Shown: in pieces, positions 50,201 through 57,840 of the stretch
Layout: each line of letters starts with the position of its first letter
Position numbering within the stretch: position 1 is the stretch's first letter
From: an uncultured Chloroflexia bacterium
GTDB lineage: Bacteria; Chloroflexota; Limnocylindria; Limnocylindrales; CSP1-4
NCBI GenBank assembly: GCA_963819655.1
Contig: CAWFXA010000002.1
Coordinates: 768,001-832,000, forward strand
Length of the DNA stretch: 64,000 nt
Reading direction: 5' to 3'
Position numbers and translations under genes: made by a program
The notes under the pieces: model-generated
What the model was told of the DNA's origin: nothing
Database searches by the model: none
Seen by the model: only the letters and a program-made list of their open reading frames with translations

Positions 50201-50820
50201 CGAACAAAGTGTGGGACGGCACGACGGCAGCATCAGTCGTGACGACCACGGTCGTCGGGGCTCTCGTTGGCGACGACGTCGAATTGACTGGTGGTACCGC
50301 CACCTTCGCAAGCAGCACGGTCGGGACGTGGACCGTCACCCTGACCGGTGCCGGCCTGATGGGGTCTGACGCCGGCAACTACAACCTGACATCGGTCGAG
50401 ACGACGACCGCAACGATCACGACGGCCTTCCGCATCATCGGGTTCGATAGTCCGGTCGACATGACTGTCGTCGGCAATCCGCGTATCTACAACTCGGTCA
50501 AGAACGGCCAGACGGTTCCTCTGAAGTTCCGCGTGTTCAATCTGAACGGGACCGAGGTGACGAGCACGACCGGCCTCAGCGCATGGGCTCGCAACGTGGG
50601 CTGTGCGAGCGGCATCGTGGAACCGGACCTCATCCCGGTCGCCTCGACCGCTGACACCGGACTGCGGCGGACGGGCGATCGGTTCCACTTCAACTGGGCC
50701 GTGCCCAAGGGCGCCCTCAAGTGCTATCAAGTCCTGATCCAGACCGTCGACGGCTCGACCACGATGGTTGGTAGCCTGAGCGGGACACCCGTCCAGGAGG
50801 CGTGGTTCAAGTCCAAGTAG
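47230..50820 (+). CDS. Large secreted multi-Ig-like repeat protein (Pro/Thr stalk; Big_3-, MBG-, YDG-like and C-terminal PxKF domains)
   Basis: Signal peptide ..PVAA|; EPT/PDPT stalk; LSSSGSPSVFG..VTFTATV; TKVFADDDP.F...GFVNGE; NKVWDGTT; TVPLKF. Confidence 0.85.
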   Translation: MSRVSSRLSFVGHRSLVAIQTFLLIATLFAPIPVAAEDPTDDPGASAPPTTEPAATPDPTPDPTAEPTAEPTPDPTPEPPAATPDPTPEPTAEPPTAEPPTAEPPTAEPPAATPDPTTEPSTSVGTPTIQSDLADYPPGGLVTLTGSGWQPGESVHIFVNDDWGSSWSRNVDVIADASGAIVDQFNLPNWFVAVYSVTATGSISGAATTSFTDARVVTTATLNGGTTVTVNTGGSISAVVNVTTDGSGANARWRSTSWSIATTDPAGTSAGTCVNHGNHDLAGSYSESFSITAPPTAGTYNAYFKAHADDGCGIANGPSALFKLTDGVIARWPTTTMLSSSGSPSVFGTLVTFTATVTATGGNPSGVGTVNFSAGSGPLCTAVALSGNTATCSTSTLTVTGSPHTITAQYNGTTTGSPQFAPSALATLSGGQTITKASSTTTVTCPAGPYTYTGLAQTPCTATVTGAGGLSLSPTPDYTANTNAGTATASYTYGGDDNHTGSDDSDSFTIDKATLAVDADDQTKVFADDDPTFSWTYSGFVNGETADDVTISGAADCSRDPGETVLGGPYAITCAPGDLLADNYTFVTGEPGALTITKASSTTTVTCPAGPYTYTGLAQTPCTATVTGAGGLSLSPTPDYTANTNAGTATASYTYGGDDNHTGSDDSDSFTIDKADAVCTVTGYDVVYDAAAHTATGSCVGVEDETLAGLDLSTTTHTNAGTYADDPWSFIDLTGNYNDTSGTVADQIDKAPSSTVVTCLAGPFVYSGSAHTPCSAAVTGAGGLSETLTVSYTDNVDAGTATASAGYAGDDNHEASSDSETFTIDKAPSSTVVTCLAGPFVYSGSAHTPCSAAVTGAGGLSETLTVSYTDNVDAGTATASAGYAGDDNHEASSDSETFTIDKAPSSTVVTFEAGPYIYRGTSFAATALATGVGGLSIAVAVDYSGDCTNVTIAGGCTASATFAGDLNHYGSGDSKSITILRKNVTGAFTAANKVWDGTTAASVVTTTVVGALVGDDVELTGGTATFASSTVGTWTVTLTGAGLMGSDAGNYNLTSVETTTATITTAFRIIGFDSPVDMTVVGNPRIYNSVKNGQTVPLKFRVFNLNGTEVTSTTGLSAWARNVGCASGIVEPDLIPVASTADTGLRRTGDRFHFNWAVPKGALKCYQVLIQTVDGSTTMVGSLSGTPVQEAWFKSK
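47506..47560 (+). repeat. 15-bp tandem repeat (gagccgccgaccgcc; EPPTA x3+)
   Basis: Directly visible. Confidence 0.85.
48525..49253 (+). repeat. Identical 243-bp direct repeat (48525-48767 and 49011-49253)
   Basis: Identical DNA by eye and identical 81-aa translations, offset 486 bp. Confidence 0.9.
49470..49961 (+). repeat. Identical 228-bp tandem repeat (about 2.2 copies)
   Basis: gatcgacaaggcgccctcgtccacggtcgtgacct at 49470, 49698 and 49926; identical 76-aa units. Confidence 0.9.
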
Positions 50821-50826
50821 GAGCTC

Positions 50827-51354
50827 GTGTCAACCCAAGCAACAGCTGCGAGGATCGGCCAGGGGCCGGTCCTCGCTGTCATCCTGGGAGCCGCCGCGGT
50901 CGTCGGGTTCGGGATCGGCACTCTGATCGGCAGCCAGGATCCGAGGTCCACCTCGGGCGCTCCGGTCGCCTCCGCCGCGCTGGGGAGCCCGCCGCCGACG
51001 CCCGCCGCCACGCCGATGTTGACGGCCTCTCCAGCGCCGTCTTCGTCGGCCGCGGCGAGCCCGTCGCAACGTGCCCCGAGCCCAGCTCCGCCGCAGGAGA
51101 TCATCCTCACGCTCAGCGGGACCGAGCACGACGTCAGCGACCCATTCGAGGTGATCTCGGGCTGGCAGATCCAATGGCAGACGGACGGTGCCTCACTGGC
51201 GATCGCTGTGACCGGCGATCAGAACCTCGGGGTCATCGTGGATGAACCCGGACCGGCCAGCGGCGTGACCTCGCTCGCGCCCGCCGGCACGTTCCGCCTC
51301 GACATCGCAGCCAGTGGTCCCTGGGCGATCACGGTCGTCCAGGGTGGCGGCTGA
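50827..51354 (+). CDS. Membrane-anchored protein with Pro/Ser linker and small beta domain
   Basis: TM, low-complexity linker, SGT...SDPF..W...GPW.ITV; AGGAG RBS overlapping the upstream stop. Confidence 0.75.
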   Translation: MSTQATAARIGQGPVLAVILGAAAVVGFGIGTLIGSQDPRSTSGAPVASAALGSPPPTPAATPMLTASPAPSSSAAASPSQRAPSPAPPQEIILTLSGTEHDVSDPFEVISGWQIQWQTDGASLAIAVTGDQNLGVIVDEPGPASGVTSLAPAGTFRLDIAASGPWAITVVQGGG

Positions 51355-51356
51355 CC

Positions 51357-52196
51357 TTACGGCGCCTTCGGGTCGACGAACCGGCAGCGCGCCCGAAGCG
51401 GACACGCGTCGTGGTCCGGCCGCTGCGCGTGGCACACCTTGCGACCATGCTGGATCAGATTGACGTGTGCCTCGTACATCTGATCGGGCTGGAACACGCC
51501 AAGGAACAGGTCGTGCGCCTCGTCGACCGTCGCCTTCGGTGGCAGCAGGCCGACCCGGTGTGCGACGCGCTCGACGTGGCGGTCGATCGGCATCAGTGGC
51601 ATCCCGAACGAGAAGAGCAGCAGGACGGACGCAGTCTTCTTGCCGATGCCATCGATCTGGGTCAGCCAGTCGCGCGCCTCGAGCGCCGTCATGCCACCGA
51701 GGAATTCCAGCGAATAGTCGCCGCGCTCCTCTCGGATCCGTCGGAGCGTCGCCTGGAGCCGTGGCGCCTTCTGGTTGGCCAGGCCGCCCGGACGGATCAC
51801 GTCGGTCAGTTCGGGGAGCGGCGCGAACTCGACCGCAGCCCAATCCGGTGGGGCCCCGTCCGGTAGACCGACGCCGCCCCAGCCGGCACCCGGGTGGTGG
51901 GCCTCGGGCGGCAGCCCGCTCGGGTAGGCATGCCGAAGCGCCTCGAAGGCGACCTCGGCGTTCACGTCGGCGCTGTTCTGGGTCAGGATCGTGAGGATCA
52001 GCTCGCTCGTCGGATCGAGCCGTCGCTCCCAGACCGGGTGTCCATACAGCCCGGCGAGCCCGTCCAGCGTGAAGCGCACGAGCCCTGGGCGGTAGCGCTC
52101 GAGCCGCCTGGCGTAGCTCGCGCCCGGGTTCGAGAACCTGCGCTTCTTCGGGCGGCGTCGCTTGGCTGCCCCCGGCGGTCGCGTCGACGACGTCAC
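51357..52196 (-). CDS. nth: Endonuclease III-like HhH-GPD glycosylase
   Basis: LILTILTQN, IRPGGLANQKA, LTQIDGIGKKTA (HhH Lys), PIDRHV, C-X6-H-X2-C-X5-C; GTGA overlap with vapC stop. Confidence 0.88.
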   Translation of the reverse strand: MTSSTRPPGAAKRRRPKKRRFSNPGASYARRLERYRPGLVRFTLDGLAGLYGHPVWERRLDPTSELILTILTQNSADVNAEVAFEALRHAYPSGLPPEAHHPGAGWGGVGLPDGAPPDWAAVEFAPLPELTDVIRPGGLANQKAPRLQATLRRIREERGDYSLEFLGGMTALEARDWLTQIDGIGKKTASVLLLFSFGMPLMPIDRHVERVAHRVGLLPPKATVDEAHDLFLGVFQPDQMYEAHVNLIQHGRKVCHAQRPDHDACPLRARCRFVDPKAP

Positions 52197-52579
52197 CAGA
52201 TGGTCTCGACGTCGTACCGGGTGATCGCCGCATCCTTTGTGATGATGGGCATCGACTCGAGCTGGGCTTGCGCGACGAGGACGCGGTCGAACGGATCTGA
52301 ATGGATCATCGGCAGCGTCGCAGCTCGCACCGCGTGGCGTGCGTCGATGCAGACGGTCCCCCACCGATTTCGACGAAGTCGGTCGGCGACGTACGCATCG
52401 ACCTGCATCGGGAGATCCAACCTGCCCCTGGTCGCCTTGAGGGCCACTTCCCAGATCGATGCCGCGCTGACGACGATGTCATTGCGCCCATCATGGATGA
52501 CCCGTCGAGCGAGGCCCGACAACCGGTCGTCGTCCAGGTTCCACCAAAGGAACGCGTGCGTGTCGAGCAAAGCACGCAC
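52193..52579 (-). CDS. vapC: PIN-domain toxin
   Basis: LLDTHAFLW, SAASIWE, HSDPFDRVLVAQA, ITKD. Confidence 0.95.
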   Translation of the reverse strand: MRALLDTHAFLWWNLDDDRLSGLARRVIHDGRNDIVVSAASIWEVALKATRGRLDLPMQVDAYVADRLRRNRWGTVCIDARHAVRAATLPMIHSDPFDRVLVAQAQLESMPIITKDAAITRYDVETIW

Positions 52580-52806
52580 TAGGTGTGTTCCTCGAATTCC
52601 GGGAGCGGGTCATCGAAGTCGTCATGGATGACAACCAGTCCCTTGTCGATCCCAGGGACCCGATCTGGGGGTCGGTCTTCCGCTGGCGAGAGGACGGCTA
52701 TCGGCTTGCCGGCGCGCGCGATCGTTATCCGCTCGCCTGCCTCGACACGCGCCAGGAGTCGAGACAGATGTGTCTTTGCTTGGTGGATGTTGACGACGTC
52801 CGCCAT
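52579..52806 (-). CDS. Phd/YefM-family antitoxin
   Basis: VNIHQAKTHLSRLL.RVEAGE.ITIARAGKPIA.L...DDFDDPLP. Confidence 0.95.
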   Translation of the reverse strand: MADVVNIHQAKTHLSRLLARVEAGERITIARAGKPIAVLSPAEDRPPDRVPGIDKGLVVIHDDFDDPLPEFEEHT

Positions 52807-52812
52807 GGAGTC

Positions 52813-52842
52813 ATGATGGACTAAGTCAGGAGACTAAGTCAA
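52813..52842 (-). promoter_or_regulatory. TA promoter with two GACTAAGTC palindromic operators
   Basis: GACTAAGTC at 52819-52827 and 52832-52840; TTGACT (52842-52837), 18 nt, CATCAT (52818-52813), then ATG 6 nt later. Confidence 0.75.
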
Positions 52843-53938
52843 CCAGGTTGGCAAGCCGCGTCCCACAACGCACCACCGGATCGATGCCCGCTGACATCAC
52901 TTCCTCGACGGTCTGTGGGCGCTCGATGACGGGCACGGCGATCGCGCCCGCCTCGGCGAGCGCGGCGATTCCCTCCACCTCCACCCCGCCGCCGACCGCT
53001 ATGCAGGGCACGCCGGCCACGGCCGCCCGCCTGGCGACTCCAAGCGCCGTCTTGCCGAAACCTGTCTGCGCGTCGATCCGGCCTTCGCCGGTGATCACGA
53101 GGTCCGCCTTCGAGAGCTTGCCATCGAACTCGCTGGCATCCATCACGAGCTCAACGCCTGGCCGCAGAGCAAAGGTCCGAAACCGCCTTTGGATCGCCAA
53201 CAACGCGAACCCCACACCACCGGCCGCCCCGGCTCCGGGGATGTCGCGGGCCTTCTGCCTTGCTGCGAGCTCGAGTTGGTCCGCCCAGGCACTGAGCCAG
53301 CGATCACTTTGCGCGACCGTGTCAGGTGTCAGGCCTTTCTGCGGCCCATACACGGCGGCGGCGCCAGTGGGTCCCAGGAGCGGATTGGCGACGTCACAAG
53401 CCACCTGCATGTCGACGGATGCAAGACGTGGATCCAAGCCTTCGAGATCGGCGGCGGGACCGGACCAGTCCACCTGGGCGCCTAGCGCCTGCAAGAGGCC
53501 AGCGCCGCCGTCGGTCGTCGCACTCCCGCCGATTCCAAGGATCATGCGCCTGGCACCGGAATCGAGGGCCTGCTTGATCAGTTCGCCGGTGCCACGGCTG
53601 GTGGCGCCAACGGCATGTTCCGCACGCTCCTCGCGAGTGAGCTTTGTCAGTCCCGATGCTTCGGCCATCTCGATGTATGCCGTGCGACCATCGGCAGAGT
53701 GAAGCCATGCGGCCTCGGTCTGGCGAAGGATCGGATCTGACGCGGCGGTCCGGACCCAGGTCCAGCCACCCGCATAGGCCAGCGCGTAGATGGTTCCAGC
53801 GCCACCGTCGCCGAGTGGAGCGTGAAGGATCTCGTCGTCCGGCCGACCGATCGACCAGCCCGCCGCCAACGCTCGCGCGACTTCGACCGACGTCAGCGAA
53901 CCCTTGAACGAGTCCGGCGCGATCAACACGACGCTCAC
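52826..53938 (-). CDS. glxK: Glycerate kinase (GlxK/GarK class I)
   Basis: IAPDSFKGSL, EMAEASGL, GIGGSATTDGG, DVANPLLG, YGPQKG, GAGAAGG, ITGEGRID. Confidence 0.95.
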   Translation of the reverse strand: MSVVLIAPDSFKGSLTSVEVARALAAGWSIGRPDDEILHAPLGDGGAGTIYALAYAGGWTWVRTAASDPILRQTEAAWLHSADGRTAYIEMAEASGLTKLTREERAEHAVGATSRGTGELIKQALDSGARRMILGIGGSATTDGGAGLLQALGAQVDWSGPAADLEGLDPRLASVDMQVACDVANPLLGPTGAAAVYGPQKGLTPDTVAQSDRWLSAWADQLELAARQKARDIPGAGAAGGVGFALLAIQRRFRTFALRPGVELVMDASEFDGKLSKADLVITGEGRIDAQTGFGKTALGVARRAAVAGVPCIAVGGGVEVEGIAALAEAGAIAVPVIERPQTVEEVMSAGIDPVVRCGTRLANLVDLVS

Positions 53939-54450
53939 CGCAGGTCCTTGTAGTAGTAGGTCGCAGCTTCCGGGACACCGGCCGTGTCGAGGGCGTAGTC
54001 CGGGATGGTGCCCACCGTCTGCCAGCCGAGCGATTCGTACATGGCAGCTGCCGGGCTGCCCGTCACCGTGTCGAGCACCAGCATCCAGCGACCCTCGCTG
54101 CGGGCTCGCTCTTCGGCGGCGTTCATGAGCGCACGGCCGAGACCCTGCCGCCGCGCCGACCGATGGACGATGACCTTGCCGATCTCGGCGCGGTGGGGCG
54201 AGTTCGGGTTGCGCGAGCGCTCGAGAAGCGTGGAGCCAACGATCCGGTCACCGTCGCGCGCGACGAAGACCGTGATCGTGCCGGCCGTGACCCCTGCCGA
54301 CCGGGCCACCCACCAGGCCATCGCGTCGGCCGGTGTGACACCCGACAGGAAGTTGACCGACGCGCCGCCATCGACGGCGTCCTTCAGAAGGGCTCCGAGC
54401 CCCTCGACCGCGTCGGCGAATGACGCGGGCTCGAGGGCTTCGATGTTCAC
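53935..54450 (-). CDS. GNAT acetyltransferase
   Basis: HRAEIGK, RRQGLGRALM, LVLDT, YESLGW..G.IP.YA; GTGA overlaps. Confidence 0.92.
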   Translation of the reverse strand: MNIEALEPASFADAVEGLGALLKDAVDGGASVNFLSGVTPADAMAWWVARSAGVTAGTITVFVARDGDRIVGSTLLERSRNPNSPHRAEIGKVIVHRSARRQGLGRALMNAAEERARSEGRWMLVLDTVTGSPAAAMYESLGWQTVGTIPDYALDTAGVPEAATYYYKDLR

Positions 54451-56393
54451 CGGATGGACGGGTCGAGCGTCGCCCCGATCGCCGCGCGTCGACGCTCCAG
54501 GTACTCCGGGATGCGGATCATCGGCGGGCGCTCCTGGTCGGCGAGCTCGATGACCTCGAGCGACAGCCGGCCTTTCCCGGAGCGGGGCAGCTTCATGGTC
54601 GACCCGAGCTCGGCGAACAGCCGCGCCTTGCGCCGCTCCTCGAGCCGCTTCATCACCGCCTGCAGGATCACGAACGACATCCGCGTGAGCCCCTCGAGCT
54701 CCTGGTTCCGGTGCACCCGCCGCTCAAGGTCCACCTGGCCGAGACCCTCGATCCCGACCCGCTCGGCTGCATCGATCAGGTGGCCGATCTCGACCGCGTA
54801 GCCCGTGAAGAACGGGATCGATTCGAGGAGCGTTCGCCGTCCCGCGTATTCGCCGGCGAGCGGCTGGATGAGCCCCGACAGCTCGGGGTAAAAGAGATTG
54901 ATCAGCGGACGAGCGACGAGCTCCGTGACCCGGCCGCCGCCGCCCTCCTTGAGAACGCCCCCCTCGACGATCGGGCGCTGGTAGTACGCCTTCACATATT
55001 GCAGGCGCGTCTCGTGGAGCAGCGGGCCGAGCGTCCCGTAGACCATCCGGTGGTGCCAGTGCCGGACGTCGGTGTCGGCCCACACGATGATGTCGCCGCT
55101 GGTGGCGAACAGCGACTTCCAGAGGGCCTCGCCCTTGCCGCGGAACGAGCCGTAGCGGGCGAGCACGTCGGGGTGCTGGACGACCGTGGCACCCTCGGCC
55201 TCGGCGATCTCGCGCGTGCGGTCGGTGGACGCGGAGTCGATGACCAGGACCTCGTCGAGCAGCGGCACCCGCCCGACCATCTCGCGCATGGCCTTGCGCA
55301 CGATCGGCCCGATCGTCTCCTCCTCGTTAAGCGTCGGCAGCACGAGCGACACCGTGACGCCCTGCTTCTCCTTCAGCTGGACGAGGCGTCGCAGGTCGGC
55401 GAACTCGGCGTGGTGGAAGTTCGACTCGCCGAACCAGCGCTCGACGCGGGCTGGCACGGCCCGGGCTTCCTCGGCTGCCCGATCGGCGGCGATCAACGAC
55501 TCGGCCTTGCCCGCGAGCGTGTCGAAGGTCGCGCCGCCGATCTCCTCGCGCGTCTTGACGACGACGACCGACGGCCTGGCACGCGCGGCGATCGCCTCGG
55601 GGAGTGCCCCGAACAGGTACGAGTCGACGCCATCGCCGCCCGGCACAGCCGACGCACCCATGACGACGAGGTCCGCCTTCTCGGCCTCACGCAGGATCGC
55701 GTTGCGCACGTTGGGCGCCTCGCGCAGGACCGCCTCGCCCTTGCCCTTCAGGTGCTGCTTGATGAACGTGGCAAGCGCCCGTTCCGCCTGGGCTCGCACG
55801 GCCATCGTGATGCCCGGCGGCACGAGATGGAGCACGACGACCGTGGCCCCGTGATACGTCGCGATGGCATCGGCGAACCGGATCGCGAGCTCGGCGTGAG
55901 GGCCGCCGCGGACGGGGACGAGGACGCGCTTGATGTCCCGTGACCCGCGCTGCTTGACGACGGCGATGTCGCACGGGGACTCGCGCACGACCTCGTCGAT
56001 GGTCGGCGAGAACACCGTGGGGCCGCCATTTCGCCCGTCGTTGCCGATCGGCGTCTTGCCACCCCAGCCGAAGATGATGAGGTCCGCCTCCTGCTCGGCC
56101 GACGCCTCGATGATGCCCTCCGACGCGTGCCGCCCGATACGGACGATGGGGTGGATCGGCGTACCGCTTGGGGCGTAATCGAGGACCTTCTGGAGGAGGC
56201 GGCGGGCGTGCCGGGCACGGGTCGCGCCCTCGGACAAGGGCATCCCCTCGGGCACCTCGACGATCCCGAGGGCGGACAGCTCGCCGGCCCGCGGGTCGAG
56301 CATGGCCGCTCCCAGCCGGATCAGCTCCTCGGCCGTGCCCGGGTTTGCGACCGGGATCAGGATGCGCGCCGGCAACGGCGATCTGAGACTCAT
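54447..56393 (-). CDS. gpgS: Tandem-USP / glucosyl-3-phosphoglycerate synthase (GT81) fusion
   Basis: USP1 RILIPVANP...DLIIFGW...DEVVRESPCDIAVVK; USP2 RVLVPVRGGP...DLVVMGA...LFG...VVVVK; then VLPTLNEEET, DSASTD, GKGEALWKSL, DTD, GGGRVTELVARP, QPLAGEY, GYAVE, HRNQ. Confidence 0.9.
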   Translation of the reverse strand: MSLRSPLPARILIPVANPGTAEELIRLGAAMLDPRAGELSALGIVEVPEGMPLSEGATRARHARRLLQKVLDYAPSGTPIHPIVRIGRHASEGIIEASAEQEADLIIFGWGGKTPIGNDGRNGGPTVFSPTIDEVVRESPCDIAVVKQRGSRDIKRVLVPVRGGPHAELAIRFADAIATYHGATVVVLHLVPPGITMAVRAQAERALATFIKQHLKGKGEAVLREAPNVRNAILREAEKADLVVMGASAVPGGDGVDSYLFGALPEAIAARARPSVVVVKTREEIGGATFDTLAGKAESLIAADRAAEEARAVPARVERWFGESNFHHAEFADLRRLVQLKEKQGVTVSLVLPTLNEEETIGPIVRKAMREMVGRVPLLDEVLVIDSASTDRTREIAEAEGATVVQHPDVLARYGSFRGKGEALWKSLFATSGDIIVWADTDVRHWHHRMVYGTLGPLLHETRLQYVKAYYQRPIVEGGVLKEGGGGRVTELVARPLINLFYPELSGLIQPLAGEYAGRRTLLESIPFFTGYAVEIGHLIDAAERVGIEGLGQVDLERRVHRNQELEGLTRMSFVILQAVMKRLEERRKARLFAELGSTMKLPRSGKGRLSLEVIELADQERPPMIRIPEYLERRRAAIGATLDPSIR

Positions 56394-57763
56394 GCGGCTC
56401 CCGCGCCCCAGCGCTGGACGAGGTACGGCTTGAGCCGCTCGAACTCGCGGGCCTGACGCTCGACGCGCTCCTCCGCCTGGTCGGTCGTGATGTGCCGGTT
56501 CTCGATGACGAACGAGCCGACCCGGCCGAAGTAGATCGGGACGAGCGCCGCGACAAGGCTCTCCAGGGGGTGCGGTGGTTTCCGCGCGCTGACGACGAGG
56601 TCGTACACGACCCGTGCCCAGACGTCATCCGGGAAGTGGAACGCGCTGACAGCCTCGGCCATCTCGAGGGTCGTGGCCGACGTCGATGCGACGTCGCCGC
56701 CGATGCCGAGTCGCGCCCGCGCGGTGTCGCCGAGCTGCCCGGCCTCCGCCGCGAGCTCCATCACCGTTTCGAGCGACTCGGGGGATAGCATCGAGCTCCA
56801 CATGTCGGCGAGCGCCAGCGATCCGGCGTGGAACTCCGACAGGAGCCGGAGCGTGTTCACCTCGAGCGGTGGCGGGTCGATGATCCGCTCGAACCCGTAG
56901 GCCGGGACGTCATGGCTGCCGCGGATCGGCAGCCAGTGGTCGGCGTTGCGCACGGCCAGCCGCAGGATCGTGCCGACGACCTGGCGGAACATCGGGCCGA
57001 GGTCGGCGCCGGGGTCCTTCGGGTCGTGGATCTTCGCCCCGAGGCGTGTCTGGCACACGGCAAACCCGCCGGTCAGCGCCGATGTCGTCATCCAGATATC
57101 GATGCCGAATTTGCTGACGTCGTCCGTCCAGTCGTCGAGCGTCAGGTAGTGCCGGACCAGGTCGCCGCTGACGCCGAAATCGCCACCGATCGGCTGGCGG
57201 ATCCGATGGCCGTACAGCGCTCGCGTGAGCGGATACGTGACGGTGTTGGTGATCGTGCCGTCGTACTTGTAGCGGGCATACAGCGGCGCCACGAAGTCAT
57301 AGCCGCCCTTGAGGATGGGGCCCGAGAGCAGCTCGATCCACTCCGGCACGATCGAGCGCAGGTCGGAGTCGACCACGACGAGCGCCTGGACCTCGAGCGC
57401 CGCGGCGATCTCGAAGATCGTGCGCAGGGCCGCGCCCTTGCCGCCGACCCCGTCGATCTCCGGATAGGTGAGGCTGACGCGCTCGAGCTTGTGGTTCGGG
57501 CGGGTCAGCAGGATCTGCTCGACGTAGTCGGGCGGCTCGGTCTCGATGACGACGCGGCCGGTGCCGTCCGGTGAGCCGGCGTCCGAATTGACGACGACGG
57601 GCCGGAGATCCGGGAAGTACTGGACCAGACCGGCCTGCGCCGCGCGCACGACATAGCCGATCGTCGCCGCGTTTTTGAAACTGGGGATGCCGACCATGAT
57701 GTCGGCCGAGCCGAGCCGGGCGATCTGATCCCGGACGGTCGGTGTCAGAACTGTTTGGGGCAT
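56390..57763 (-). CDS. ggs: Glucosylglycerate synthase-like GT-A glycosyltransferase (single-step Ggs/Mgs type)
   Basis: VGIPSFKNA.TI, NSDAGSPDGT, GKG.ALR, VDSDLRS, Y.R.KYDGTITN, RQPIGGDF, FGIDIWMT, KIHDPKDP..DLGPMF. Confidence 0.8.
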   Translation of the reverse strand: MPQTVLTPTVRDQIARLGSADIMVGIPSFKNAATIGYVVRAAQAGLVQYFPDLRPVVVNSDAGSPDGTGRVVIETEPPDYVEQILLTRPNHKLERVSLTYPEIDGVGGKGAALRTIFEIAAALEVQALVVVDSDLRSIVPEWIELLSGPILKGGYDFVAPLYARYKYDGTITNTVTYPLTRALYGHRIRQPIGGDFGVSGDLVRHYLTLDDWTDDVSKFGIDIWMTTSALTGGFAVCQTRLGAKIHDPKDPGADLGPMFRQVVGTILRLAVRNADHWLPIRGSHDVPAYGFERIIDPPPLEVNTLRLLSEFHAGSLALADMWSSMLSPESLETVMELAAEAGQLGDTARARLGIGGDVASTSATTLEMAEAVSAFHFPDDVWARVVYDLVVSARKPPHPLESLVAALVPIYFGRVGSFVIENRHITTDQAEERVERQAREFERLKPYLVQRWGAGAA

Positions 57764-57840
57764 CGCCTAGACCGTACACCGCTCAGCGATGCCGTGTCTT
57801 GGTCGGCAGGATCAGGAACCGAGAATCGGCCGCCGAGTTG

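Noticed and set aside
52193-52842. TA module as part of a mobile element or prophage
   Set aside because: No integrase, transposase, terminal inverted repeats or target duplication is visible.
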